Part shown: in pieces, positions 23,312 to 35,772 of the stretch | How the letters are laid out: each line of letters begins with the position of its first letter | Position numbering within the stretch: position 1 is the first letter of the stretch | Assembly (NCBI GenBank): GCA_000934665.2 | Contig: JYFJ02003183.1 | Location: forward strand, 1 to 45,341 | DNA: 45,341 nucleotides | Source of the DNA: Catajapyx aquilonaris | Taxonomy: Eukaryota | Direction: 5' to 3' | Translations under genes and position numbers: made by a program | The notes under the pieces: generated by a model | The model's database searches: none | Seen by the model: only the letters and a program-made list of their open reading frames with translations | What the model was told of the DNA's origin: nothing

Positions 23312-23619
23312 CAGTGGTTCTGAAACTGTGGTACGCGTACCACTGGTGGTACTTCAATCCATGCCAAGTGGTACTCATGTGGCGTGCGCATATGACTTTG
23401 CAGTCGTTTTACCTGTTTATACGCCTCGCGCTTTTTAAAACCTATTCTTTAACTAGTTTTATATCACTTTAACCTCATAATATTATAGTCATTACAGTGA
23501 TTATAGTGACATTTTCTTCAAAACAACACTGGTGTAAATTAACCATTCATTGACAGTGGTACTTCAGTTTACTGATCGTCACGGAGTGGTACTTGTTCAA
23601 AAAAGTTTGAGAACCACTG
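23312..23619. mobile_element. hAT (Charlie-like) MITE in the G4 3'UTR
   Basis: CAGTGGTTCT...AGAACCACTG with an 8-bp TSD GACTAGAC (23304-23311 and 23620-23627). Confidence 0.9.
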
Positions 23620-23852
23620 GACTAGACCAGCATTTCATTTTGAAAACATTCCAAAGTAAATCCTGGTCTAGTCACTCTCGTTCACGAATGTTTAATATTC
23701 AGATGTATTTGTAATAGAAAATAGTTCAACATAGTTTGGGTGTTTTTTTTGAACAGTTCCATATACACATAGGGTGTCCTCTGCCAAACTTTGTGTGACT
23801 GTCGCTCCAGTGGATTTTTAAGTTTCTATCAATTGTACACTCCAGGTCATAT

Positions 23853-23858
23853 AATAAA
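23853..23858 (+). terminator. Putative polyadenylation signal of G4
   Basis: AATAAA at the position homologous to 4357, 31476, 35767 and 41801. Confidence 0.6.
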
Positions 23859-24284
23859 GTAATTGTGCTAATTCAAAACAGTAAGACTTATTTTTCAGTC
23901 ACGAACAACTGCTGCCTGAACAACTATTTACAGATTTTCCATGCAATATGTGGAGACGAGTCATACTCCCATACAAACTCTTTTTTAAAAAGCTTTCAAC
24001 AGGTGTAATATTTTGACTCACATTCACTAGTACTAATCCAATTTTTTACACGATTATACCACGAGTTTCAGAATAATTATTAACTTAATTAATATCTGGC
24101 AGACACTTGTTTCCATCGTCAGGACCCGTCGCGCGCCGAATACCTTTTAATGTACCGCCTGAGTTAGATGCACTGTTAATAAGCTCAATTTAATGGGCTT
24201 TAAATGTTATACATAACACACACCGAGTTTGACTTGGTGAGGCGAGCGTACGTTCAAATTTAATCCTTTGCGAATGACAGCAAA

Positions 24285-24441
24285 TGTGAGCCACCCTGTA
24301 CAGGGCTCATTGCGATCCACGCCTCATTGGTTCATTCCGGTCCGTTCCTCCCATCCAGACGACATTTTGTTTTATCAACTGAACTGAAAACGTCTCTCGC
24401 TTGAGCACCTCTGGCTTTTCAGACAAATTTGATGGGTAAGT
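24285..24441 (+). promoter_or_regulatory. Conserved promoter/first-exon block, cassette 5, directly upstream of the MEP-1-like gene
   Basis: Close match to 4914-5049 (GAGCCACCCTGTA...GGTTCATTCCGGTCCGTTCCTCCCATC.GACGACATTTT), with GTAAGT donor at 24436. Confidence 0.65.
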
Positions 24442-24639
24442 CCAGAATAATTGGACCTAATTAAGGGCAGTCTGCATGCTTAACTTTATGTGGTGGGCAA
24501 CACGTACTTAGGCTGTACAATAAGCCATTATAGTATTGGGAAAATAATGATTTGTCTTGCTCATCACACTATGCATATTATGCAAGTAGGCTATGCAGGG
24601 ATAAAGGCATAATGAGTTGTAATTTACCTCTAACTTCAG

Positions 24640-27600
24640 ATGCACCACATGGCTGCACCTAGCAGAGAGCTCGAACCAGCTGTGGTCCTATCGGAAGATG
24701 ATGTGTCCATAGGTGAACCAGGTACGTGTCGAATCAAGTGCACCAAAGAAACAGAAAAAAAAACCTTACAGAAATATTGCTCCATTGCAGGTGAGCCGCA
24801 ATTGAATGGCGAGATGATCAGCTCTTCTGATGGTGACCCAGTTGACGGGACTTCCGGGACACAAAAGCTCGATAGTGAAGACGGAGCTGAAGAAGTTGGT
24901 ACTAAGCGCACATGGTTAAGTTCCCCACTAACTAAATCTGACAATAGTGATTGTGAGTTGGACTCCAGTCCAGATGCAGGTGGTAATGGTGTCTCAGCTG
25001 GCAGTGGGGAAGGTGAACAGACAGTTAACAAGGACACTGATGAGAAGTATATTCACGACGATGATGATTGGAGTGTAGTTATGTCGAGTGGTGATGAGGG
25101 AGAGCAGGAGACCTCAGACAATGAGGTTGAGGAAGTGAAAGATGAAGACGCGGAGGACCATGATCCTGACGACATCAGTTCTGACAGCGGTGGAGAACAA
25201 GATGCAAGCAATGGAACTGGCAGCCAGCTATGGGAAGGTAGTCAGGCTGTCATATTGGCTTTGGCCAGGTTAAGTGGAGAGACTATGCGTGACTCAGGGG
25301 TAGTTGCAGATGAAGGTGCAGAATCTGACAGTGGTGCTGGGGGTGATGATCTAGAACCTATGCCACTTATAGACAGTGACAAAGAGGACAATGAAACAGA
25401 AGAAGCCACTGAAGATGTTGAGAAGGGATCTCTAAGTCGAAAGGAAGGTGCACAGGACAGTTCTGTAAATGTTGCCACATCTCGTAAGACTCGTAGTGAG
25501 AAGCTGACTGGAGAGCGGCAGGAAGAAAGTGATGATGATATAATAGAAGAGAAACTTGTGGAAAAGAACGAGCCTATGAAGCACAGTTCAGTTACCCGAA
25601 AGCAAGATGATGATCCTGATGTCCAGGCTGTAGATCCTGTGGATCCTCTAGCAGACCCACGAGAAGTTCCTGATGTCCAGGCTCCTGTGGATCCTCTAGC
25701 AGACCCTGTAGTTATAGTAGATACCAATTCAATTTTGTCTGGAAAAGGTCCAGTTCCAGTGAACCTTGGAATGTCAACCACATCTACAACCACTTTGCCA
25801 CCAACTTCACTGCCATCACAGTCAATCTGTAGGATACGAAACATCCCAATCCACACTGGATCTGGCTTGACTGCAGGAGGGACCAACCAGCGACAGTCAT
25901 CATCAGCAACGTCCATGTCTGTAAAAGTTACTCACGAGTGGCCAGGTCTTTCAGACGATATGTTTGTAGTTGAATCACCTAGTTTCATAGTTCCATACGT
26001 TTATGAAAAGCCACCTAAAGAGAGTGTGAAAGAGTTTTGTAGCAGATTGGAGAAGAGTGGGAAGGGTGAAGAGGAAAAAAAGGGTGAAAGTAGTCAGGCA
26101 GAAAAGGACAAAGCGGAGGATGACAAAGTGACTGATAAGGAAGAACGTAAGAACAAGTTGCTGTATCCTCATGACAACTTCTTCGACAGTTCACTGGGCA
26201 AGTTCTTTATTCAGACTGGAATGAACTTGGTGCAGGAATATGTCCAGACAGACTTGCTGCGGGCTGTAAAGCGTAAGGCAGAGCGTGAAAGGGAGAAGAC
26301 CTCTGCTGCCACCCAACATGCAATCTCATCCCTCTTGCGTAACCTTGAAGATTCAAAAGAGAACAATGAGCCTTTCCACTTTGAAACCAAAAAGTGCGAA
26401 TTTTGTAACTTTAAAACTGAGTCGACTCTTGTCATGGCACGGCACCTGGAGACCCCACACATGCGCTTGTACACATACCGTTGCAATTTCTGTCCCTTTG
26501 AAACTCGCTCTCCACATGACATATTGTTTCACATGGAAGCAGAACACAATGTTAGAGGACATTTGGAAAGAGCCCCAGCTTTTCATCAATGTGTAAACTG
26601 CTCTTTTGAGGACAATTCAAAGATTAAGCTGAGCCGACATATACTGTCATGTATGAAGAAGTTCCGTCATGACTGGACTCAGGAGCCAATTACTTCTCAC
26701 AGGGAGCTGCCAGCCAAGATTTATCACGTTTCACAGGGACATCCCGCAACTCTAGGGCCTCGATTTGCCCCAATTAAGCCCACACCTGCAACAATGGCCC
26801 ACCCACTGATGTCCAAGCAGGCCCCAGCCCCTGTTCGTTTCACTCCGGCACCAACACTCATTCCTCTTCGAGGACGTCCACCTGGGCCTGCCACACTGGC
26901 TAGCAAGCTTGGGGTAGATGCCCGTACCCTTCCCTCCAGGTCACTGAGCTCAGCCAGTCACATCCGACCAGGTCAGTGGGCATAACCATGGCAGTGAGAT
27001 TTTGAATGTATATGTTTGAAGGACATGACAATTTTCTTTCCGCAGGAATGATTTACCGACCTCCATGGAGCCAGGTGCATGTCCCTTCATCGTTTGCATT
27101 TAAAAACAACTCTATTTACCCGGTAAGTAATTCTTGTTCTGGGTGCACTTTTCCAATACCAAAGTGTGATTTCTGGGGTTCTTTTAGATTGTGACATTCA
27201 GTAGTTACATGTGCAGTTGTAGCCACTTACCCATGCACTTCTGCATGTGGTTCAGTGGTTGCGATGTCAGTCTTAGTCTCTCACTGCTGTCTGTTATCTC
27301 TTTCGCATGTTAAACTTGTAGGTGGTAAATCGCCCAGGTCATATGGTACCGGTGATGACTGGTGGACCGATCAACGTGCCTCGCCTAGCGTTAATGCCCT
27401 CTGGAGTCGGCGGCTCAGGCGGAGGTGGGGCCCATGTCCCCATGGCCCTCATCCCCAACCTCACTTCGGGAGCCATATCCATCACCATACAAGTGAGAGC
27501 CATGACATAGTAGTTGTGGGTGGGGCGAGGGTCTTGGGGGCTATTTAGAACTGAGCGTGACCTAAATGACAAGAAAACAAAACCCATGACCTTTCAGAGT

Positions 27601-28619
27601 GCATTGAACAGGACCATATTGCCCAAGGCACCACAGCAGCCCAGCATCTCCATCACACCCTTGCCGAGGCAGACAGCAGCAGCGCCTGTGTCACTGAGTT
27701 CCATCGCACAGGGAAGTTCTCCCAAGGCAACTACACCCAGCAGTTCAGCACCCAGGCCCAAGACTACGTTGGTCATCTGTGAAATATGTGATGGATATAT
27801 CAAGGTAAGTTCTGGCCCCATAATCGGTGATTTGTACATTAGGATTTCAGACCACATATCTGATCTCCATCAGTCAAAATGATGAAAAAATGATATACTA
27901 TACTTAGAAGATGTTTAACTGTTTTTCACAGGGCTTGGAGCAACTGCGCACCCATATGCAGTGGGTACACAAAGTAAAGATTCACCCGAAGATGTTATAC
28001 AAACGGCCCCCTCTTAACTGCCAGAAGTGTCAGTACCGCTACTTCACGGACCAAGGTCTGGAGCGCCACTTGCTGGGCTCACATGGGCTGGTCACCTCAA
28101 GTATGCAGGAGGCTGCCAACAAAGAGCAGGATGGTGGACGATGTCCAGTGTGCAGAAAGGTAAGAGATGACACTTAACTTTTCTGAGGAGAGGGACATTC
28201 ATAAATGCTTGTTACAGGAGTATCAGAGGAAATTGCTAAATCATGTGGCCAAAGACCACAATCTGACACTGAAGCCAGCATACTTGTCCTACAAGTGCAC
28301 TCTCTGCACTGCTACATTTGGCATGTACAAGCAATTTGAGTACCACGTCTACTCAACTCATAACGCCTTAGCAAAGCCTGGTGATAAGAAGGGAGGAGAT
28401 GTGAAGTTCATGCCTACTTCCTCATCCGCACAACATTTGCTATCACAATCGCAATCCCTACTAAAACCGCTTAAAATCACAGATGAGATCACTATCATTC
28501 CTCAACCTGTGAAGTCAAGTCCAACTCCATCCTCAACAGCATCAACTGCTATCACCGGTGAATCAAGCCGTAGCACCAGCCTGGTACAGGGTCAACAAGA
28601 AGTTGAAGTGTCAGGTTAG
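24640..28619 (+). CDS. MEP-1: MEP-1-like C2H2 zinc-finger protein (Mi-2/NuRD/MEC partner family), ~1,138 aa, six coding exons
   Basis: Exons 24640-26971, 27046-27122, 27322-27492, 27598-27804, 27932-28159 and 28218-28619, all GT-AG and phase-compatible. Family motifs FVVESPSFIVPYVYEKPP, GMNLVQEYVQTDLL, HMEAEHNVRG.LER.PAFHQC, VICEICDGYIK, HMQWVHKVKIHPKM, FTDQGLERHLLGSHGLVTSSMQ, LSYKCT.CTATFGMYKQFE. The 3' end is uncertain (possible donor at 28615). Confidence 0.9.
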
Positions 28620-28806
28620 TAGTTACACTGGGACGTGATGAGTGGATTGCAAAGACAAGGTTGTGAACTAGGGTGTAAGCACTATCTTGCTAGACCAGAT
28701 TTGGCCACAGCTTTAATCCACCTGTAAGTGCGCCTTTGGGATGGGTTTCCGACCATGGGTGTCCTATCTCAAATTGCTTTCCTAGGCAGCCCCTAACATC
28801 CTAGTA

Positions 28807-29561
28807 CCATATTACCTCACTTATCGCGGCATTCCGGTATGAAACGAGGTCGACCTCATACCGGTATAACCCACGGGAAGCCGGCATCCCGCAATACCCG
28901 AGGTAGATTTCCATTATTTGTATCCTTGTGAAATTTTTTGGAATGCATCTGATACTGTACTAAAATAATGTTACAGTGAAAAATGTGCGAGTACAGGGTT
29001 GTGAGAATGCAAGTTCATTTGTTGCACAGGGACCAATCCGAATGTCAGCCTGCTCCGAGAGGGGAACCCCCGAAACATTACAAAGGATCAAGGCAAATTC
29101 CTTCAGTCCTTCATGTTGCTATCAATAGTTCGCTGGTCGCAGATCTCGTTGACAATCAGAGGATCACTGTGCCGGATCACTTTGCGTAGTGGGATGAATA
29201 TTTGTCTGAGAAGTCTCGTCACTCTGATAATAAAATCCAAACCAAAGTACTCGTCTGTAATATCCTGGTAGGTATGCTTCCCTTCTAGCAGCCTTGCACT
29301 TTTAATGGAAAATGTTGCCGTAAAATTTGAACTTAACAAACGATCTTATGGGATGTGTCAGGCGATAGAAGTGTCCTGGGCTGTATCCGTACCGTAGAAC
29401 ATGGTGTAATGCATTCCTTTGAGTAATAATAATTTTCATAGAGCTCGTGTAAGAAAACCTCGCCTTATACCGGCATGCCGGTATAGCCACCAGATCGAGC
29501 ATTTCTGAAAACTGGTCAACCTCTCCTACACTGGCATGCTGCAATAAGTGAGGTAATCCGG
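28807..29561. mobile_element. TA-flanked TIR element (Tc1/pogo-type)
   Basis: CCATATTACCTCACTTATCGCGGCAT vs ATGCTGCAATAAGTGAGGTAATCCGG, with TA on both sides. Confidence 0.65.
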
Positions 29562-29664
29562 TAGTTAGCATCATAGTAACCCATATTTAATTTTCCTACT
29601 AAAGGAATATCAAACAAATGTCGCTTTGCCAATTAGAGACACCAATTTTACAATTACTGTTAGT

Positions 29665-29985
29665 CATATATTCGCTTTGCGAAATGATTGAGGGGTTCTA
29701 GGCAATCAGTTTAAGTTCCTGCAGCATGGGTCTCCGCCGCAGAGTTACAGAGATAATGGGCTTCAAACACAAGGTAATTTAATTTTAATTTACGATCCTA
29801 TTAGGTGTAGCAGGGAATGGCCTAGGTGACGGAAGTGTCGTAAGCTGTATCCAAAACCTGCAAGCCTGTATAATATACTTTTTATTTTATGCTAATTATC
29901 TCAGTAACTATGCTGCAGAGACCCATGATGCGACCACTTCAACTGATTGCCTAGAACCCCCCTATCATTTCCCAAAGCGATCGCA
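29665..29985. mobile_element. MITE with ~90-bp imperfect TIRs
   Basis: GGGGTTCTAGGCAATCAGTT / AACTGATTGCCTAGAACCCC and CATGGGTCTC / GAGACCCATG. Ends are approximate. Confidence 0.6.
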
Positions 29986-30259
29986 TGACAAAACGTCTTC
30001 ACCTGTATATGGAGTGGAACCCAAATTGTCGTAATTATAGTAAGTGTACCTGTGCAACAGAGCTCAATACATGAAAATTACAGATGTAATCTTCTTGGGC
30101 TCATTTTAATTTTCTTATGGTTGAACCTATGGTTGAACTTAAGGTAGATTCTACATATGAAAGATAATGACAGCATTATTATTTCTGTGCAGTGGAAGTA
30201 ATGCATTTGTTTCAGAAAGTAATAATTTTTTTGTTCCTGCTTTCCACAGGTTGGTAAAA

Positions 30260-30788
30260 ATGAATACCAGACAGCAACTCTTCATAACAGCAGATGTTAA
30301 GCCATTTTGTTTTCAATGGACCAGTGACAGCTACAAGCCTCGTGGATTAGATAAAGAAGAGTGAATACATCTTCTCCGTTCACCATCAGTGCATTAGAGT
30401 CAACACAATGGGAGCTGGAGCTTCATCCTAATGGTTACACAGATGAGGATGATGGTCGTATTTCTTATTACATTTGTTGCTGTCTGATGTGGATGATTTC
30501 GAATTCCCTACCACATTTACCCTCACCATTAGAGTACCAATAACAAAAACACTTGGGGTGTTACATAGTTCCGCATATTTTCCAAGCAAAATGCGACTTG
30601 GGGCCTGTCTCCGTTCATTAATATCAAAGTCTTGGAAGATCGAGCATCTGAACTTCTTCCAAGTGGTACCCTGACCTTGATTAGCACAGGGGATGTCATG
30701 TTGGATCTGGATTGTAAAAAGACACCTGAAGCTCATGGCCCTGGATTGTCTGAGGATGCAAAGTGCACTGGAGTCACATGTTAGCAGG
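30260..30788 (+). pseudogene. Decayed MATH-BTB copy G5 (clade A), BTB domain deleted
   Basis: MNTRQQLFITADVKPFCFQW, PFTISALESTQWELELHPNG and SDVDDFEFPTTFTLTI lie in different frames with stops. Homology ends at ESHV, and paralogous 3'UTR sequence resumes at ~30930. Confidence 0.9.
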
Positions 30789-31475
30789 GCAGGGCAGCTG
30801 ACCATTTTCACCTCCTGTTCACTCCACGTCTATCCTATGTTTGTTTTTTAGTTTTTTTTTTACTGGGAGCAGTTCACTTGCTGTTTTTTTGGTACTTTGT
30901 AATATGTAACTGTATAACTTCTGTTCATTGGATTGGGTGTTGATGTGTTTCACTTAAATCGTTCTCCGCTGACTTGAGGCTCATAAGGAGTGACCTTTAT
31001 TTGTCCTTCTGATTTTAATCGTATTTTTCTCCTTTTTTGTTATGTACTACCCAATTTGGTGTGTTTAGACCTTCAGTGAGGAAGTAATAGTCTGCTTTGG
31101 TAAATTGTCATTCAGATTTTTTATGTGGAACTTTCTCAAAGGACATAACTTTACTCCATGCTGCACTACATAATGTGGTGTGAGAGAGTTTTGTAATGCA
31201 TATGTTCACGGCGTATATCAGTACTTTTTTTAATTTTGTATTTATTTGGTGGCATTTTTTCTGTTATTTTCCAGGCGTGCATATTTCTGTTGGAATTTAT
31301 TCCAAATGCACTTAGCCTTCACGCAACTATTCAGTATTTGGATCTACATTCGTAGAAGAAAAGAGTTGAAGTTGCTTGGAATTTATGATTTTTGTATTCA
31401 TTTTTATTTTTGAGAGTGTGTTTTCAAACTTTGTCTAGTCAGTGGACTTTTAAATTTCCACAATCTGTACACCCC

Positions 31476-31481
31476 AATAAA
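31476..31481 (+). terminator. Putative polyadenylation signal of cassette 5
   Basis: AATAAA followed by the conserved ...GAACTGATCCAAA. Confidence 0.55.
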
Positions 31482-33434
31482 AATATTGAACTGATCCAAA
31501 GTACCAAATGTCAGTACAAACGACCTTTTTTTTTTACAATGAAAGGGAGAGCATCAAACAGACGGAAGATGCTAAGTGTCATTTTAAATGCAGGTGTTCA
31601 TAGCTGTATGCTTACTGACACCTGTGTCTGATGATGTGCTACAAAAAACTTCCAATTAAATTTAAATACAATTAAAATAATTATGTACAGTTGCAAGTCA
31701 TGATAATTATTATCAGGTAAAGCAGAATCCTATTATTATCATGGAAAATATCCTTACCCCGTAGATTCACCAGCAAATTCCAAAACTGTTCCTCATCGAC
31801 AATTCAACATTCCTGGTCAGTTTCTCCTTCTCATTCCCTCTCATCAGGGTGTCCAACTGTGATGAAACTATTAGTTCGAATACTATACAAATATCAGGAC
31901 ATAATTATGTGTAGGTGATTTTAATTAGGCAAAAAATATGGCTCGCTACCGTATTACGAAATCATAAAAATGTAGTGTACATTCTTTAAGCCATCCTACG
32001 GGGATTCCCCACTCATAATATGAGTTCTGCATGGACTTGTTTTTGTCTCAAGGTTTTACTACTGCGCATAAAGCAGTGAAGCACTGGCAGAAAACACAGG
32101 CCCAGGCATTTTAAGGCGTGTCACTCGCTGGATGCAGACTGCGGCCAATGTTTGGAGTTGGAATCTGGCATACATGAAGGTAAGTTTAGGCAAAACATGC
32201 AAAAGGTTTTTCACAAAAGGTGTAAATGAAAAAAAAAGTGCTAATTAGTGTGAATTTTATGCTGAGGTGATGACCAGTACATTATTCTGTGGTCACCTAC
32301 TGTACGCTAGAAAAGTTGAGTAAATGTTCATGAGATTTGAAGACACTAATTATTGTCATCATCGTCGTTGGAATGAATGTGTGGTGTTTAATTTATTGGT
32401 TACATAATTTTTATGATACTCTGCATTACAATGCTTTGTTGCATTACAGATTGTGGTTTAGCAGTGGTCCAGGTAGTAGCAACAAATTGGCCGTAGGAAA
32501 GCTTTTCGCAAGTACAGACGACTCGATCCTGGTGAGTATAAATAATAATCTTTAAACTTACCGTACTCAAATAATATAGTCAAATCACATTTTCATTACT
32601 CGAGAAATAAATTAAATTTCAACATAACCTGTGCATTAGCAGTACTGTACGTGATTATCTAAAACAATAGCTGATAATTAAGGGTTAATAGGAGTTCACT
32701 TTTCAAACTGTTTGTGCCACTGGCATTGCCATTTGTATCCAGAGAGAGGAGCCAAGGGTGGTGTCATCATATTTTATCACTAGTACAGTATACATACGGT
32801 GATCTAGTTTATTATGCTGTAATTATTGTATGGTATTGCAGTGTGAATATGTTGGCAGATTGTCTCCCATTGCTGTTCCACATACAGGGTGCTCCGACAA
32901 GGAAGAAAAACTTTCATTGCAGAAATGAATCAAATGATTAATATTTTTCTTTGTTGCACTAAAAATGTTTTTACTTATTTTTGTATTTGAATCCGAAAAG
33001 TTACTGCTGGTCTTTGCACACGAATAGCCTGAGACTGCAAAAGTAGCATCGAAAAATTGCAGGCTTATTATTTTTTCAGACTGTGCTGTGTGTAAGTATG
33101 GCTTTTCCTGTACTTAAAAATATTACGAATGATACATAATAATGTACCCCTGTAATTACCACATACACTGTGCATGAAACATCCAAATATTGTCTGGAGA
33201 CGTAAAAACAACGTGTACCACAAGCATGTTGTTTGTCACATATACTCATTGTCAGTGGGGACTGGTAGAATATGCATATATGTTACGTTAGTACAGTACA
33301 ACTGAATTGTCTTTGCTTGTTGAAACACTACTGGATGAACGTAGGGTACTGTACTCTATAATTATAAGCATGGGTCTTCATTGCCAGACCGATCCAAATA
33401 TCTGACATTTAATCATTTGCCTGTAATTCAATGG

Positions 33435-33594
33435 GTTTTGATGGTGGGAGGAAATTGGAGAGCCCCGAGAAAATGCACGCGAACACGGAGAAAACTCATC
33501 GAAACTCTATCCACATAAGTATTCTCTGTCCGATCCGGGGATCGAACTCAGGACCTCAGAGGTGGAATGCTGTGGCAATAACCACTAGACCACC
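33435..33594 (-). mobile_element. tRNA-derived SINE fragment (V-domain-like core)
   Basis: Minus strand shows A box TGGTCTAGTGG and B box GAGTTCGATCC, followed by a TTCTCCGTGTTCGCGTG...TTTCCTCCCAC core. Confidence 0.7.
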
Positions 33595-34063
33595 TTGTAT
33601 ACATTACATTATTACATTATAACCCAGAAGTATAAAATATTGTGGATTCCAATCTAAAGTTGGGGGAGTTCATGGACCTTGCAATGAGCCGTCACATCTG
33701 GGCAAAAAAAATCAACCAATCTAATTCTCTGTTACATCATATTATATCCGCACAAAAAATTTGAGTTTAACTTTTTGCCCAAGTGAGATTTTTTATGAAA
33801 AGTACTAGGAGCTCAGTACCACTACAGTTGGATGACATATATCTTGCATATTTTCGCATGGTTGTTTTATCCTTGGGTATATCATCAATGGCTACATGTC
33901 CGAAGCTATTAACAATATGGCATACATACCGCCACAGGCAAAGTGGCTGGCGTTATAGGCTTGTGGCCTAAGCGAGCAAAGCGAGGGTTTTTCTAGTACA
34001 TTCAATAATTTAACACTCTGGCTTTCTTCAAATAAATCCATCTTTCCAGGTACATGCGTGAAA

Positions 34064-35086
34064 ATGACTGAACCACAAGGTCAGCACAATGTCACATCTC
34101 CAGAAGTGCAGCCAATCTTCTTCCAGTGGTCCATCAAGAAGTACAGCTTTTTTAAAACTCGAGCTAAGATTAGCTCTGGTCCGTTTACCATTGGTGATTC
34201 TATGACTCCCACCACATGGATGATTGATATCTTCGGCCAAGATGGTACTAGGCAGTATCTGATGGCATACCTGACTTACCTTCCACTTCACAAAACTGCA
34301 GAAGATTTCCCAATAAAAGCCAGATTTACTCTCAGCATTCAGAGCGAATTGGAGAAAGTTTTTTCTTTGGATTCAGAGCTGGTCGAATTTTCTGCAGGTA
34401 ATTTGACCCATGGAGGTAATGTTATAACCTTCACAGACTTGGAAGCTAATGAAGCAGCCCTGCTTCCAAATGATACCCTCACTGTTACTTGCAAAGGAGA
34501 GATTATGTGTGGGTTTCGCAGTGAGCCCCAAGAGGTTCCTATTATTGAGATTGCTGCTCCTGTATTATCCACTGACATGAAGCATCTCTTGAAATCCGGC
34601 AGAGGTAGCGATGTGAAGTTGATGGCAGAAGAATCTGCATTTCCTGTTCACAAGGCCATTTTGATTGCTCGTAGCCCTGTGTTTGCGGCCATGTTTGAAC
34701 ATGACACCCTGGAGAATGAGACAGGAGAAGTAGTTATCAAGGATGTGAAGCCACAAGTGCTGGAGAATCTGATCTACTTCCTCTACACTGACGAGGCACC
34801 CCAAGATCTCCCGGAAATAGCCACGGAGCTTGCTGCAGCTGCACAGAAGTACATGCTTCCTCGCCTCCAGTCAATGTGTGAGAATCGCCTTGCAAATTCT
34901 CTCACAGTGGACAACGTTATTGACGTGATTGGTGCATGCCTGTTCTGCAACTACTCAAACAAACTGAAGAAGACTTGCTTGCGGTTTGCCAAGTCACACT
35001 TGAAGGAGGTGCAAGAAAGCGAGTCCTGGAAAGCAGGTGCCCCTGGGGAAGTCGTCAAAACTCTTTTTGAGTTCTGCCATGTGTAA
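34064..35086 (+). CDS. MATH-BTB protein, copy G6, 340 aa, clade B
   Basis: Intact paralog of G4/G7 with VHKAILIARSPVFAAMF and FLYTD. Acceptor ends at 34049. Confidence 0.93.
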   Translation: MTEPQGQHNVTSPEVQPIFFQWSIKKYSFFKTRAKISSGPFTIGDSMTPTTWMIDIFGQDGTRQYLMAYLTYLPLHKTAEDFPIKARFTLSIQSELEKVFSLDSELVEFSAGNLTHGGNVITFTDLEANEAALLPNDTLTVTCKGEIMCGFRSEPQEVPIIEIAAPVLSTDMKHLLKSGRGSDVKLMAEESAFPVHKAILIARSPVFAAMFEHDTLENETGEVVIKDVKPQVLENLIYFLYTDEAPQDLPEIATELAAAAQKYMLPRLQSMCENRLANSLTVDNVIDVIGACLFCNYSNKLKKTCLRFAKSHLKEVQESESWKAGAPGEVVKTLFEFCHV

Positions 35087-35694
35087 AATCTCACATGTCA
35101 CCTTGATGCTGAAGATCTCGTGTTGGCTCAAGGCAATAACTTTGCACAGTTTTCTGAGTATTTTCTTGTGAGGTGGAATGTGGAAAGGAGTACTAGATAA
35201 ACCCAGAAAACCATGCAAACTTATCTTGGACCCACTCCATGGATACTAGCAGGCATGAGGTTAGTGTAATCTCTTAAATATGTCATTTTGATGTTATTCA
35301 GATTTTTCTCCATTTAAGTTTGTTATTTACTACCTCATTATGTTTGTAGACCTTCAGTTGTGGGAAAGCAACTGTCGTTGCCAAAAATGTTATTCAGATT
35401 TTCTTTCTTCATTCCATGATATACACATAATGTGGCGTGTGAGACAAGTAAGTAATGCATATGCTCACTGCATTTATTATTTCTTGTATCATTATTTGGT
35501 GATAATTTTTCTGTTATTGTGTAGACCAGCATTTATGTTGGGATCTATTCCAAATGACTTTGATATTTACAAAACTTCAGTTACAGTTCAATATTCAGAT
35601 TAATTTGTAATCTAAAATAGTTCAAGTTGTTTGCATTTTTTCGACATACACATTAGATGAAGCCATCTGATTGAGTGTCCTTTACCAAACTACT

Positions 35695-35715
35695 TGTGTG
35701 TGTGTGTGTGTGTGT
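35695..35715. repeat. (TG)n microsatellite
   Basis: About 10 TG units. Confidence 0.9.
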
Positions 35716-35766
35716 CTCCAGTACTGGATTTTTTAGTTTCTGCAAACTGTATACACTCCAGATCAT

Positions 35767-35772
35767 AATAAA
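35767..35772 (+). terminator. Putative polyadenylation signal of G6
   Basis: AATAAA...ACTGATCCAAAA, conserved among cassettes. Confidence 0.6.

Noticed and set aside
24636..25916. Long minus-strand Ser-rich ORFs (133 and 224 aa)
   Set aside because: Antisense shadow of the acidic MEP-1 exon.
28614..30270. In-frame MEP-1::MATH fusion with G5
   Set aside because: The phase-1 donor joined to the G5 acceptor gives GGT-TGG-TAA, out of frame, and G5 has multiple disruptions.
33940..33998. Possible Helitron 3' end (..GCGAGCAAAGCGAGGGTTTTTCTAGT)
   Set aside because: No convincing hairpin or 5' end identified; too weak to annotate.
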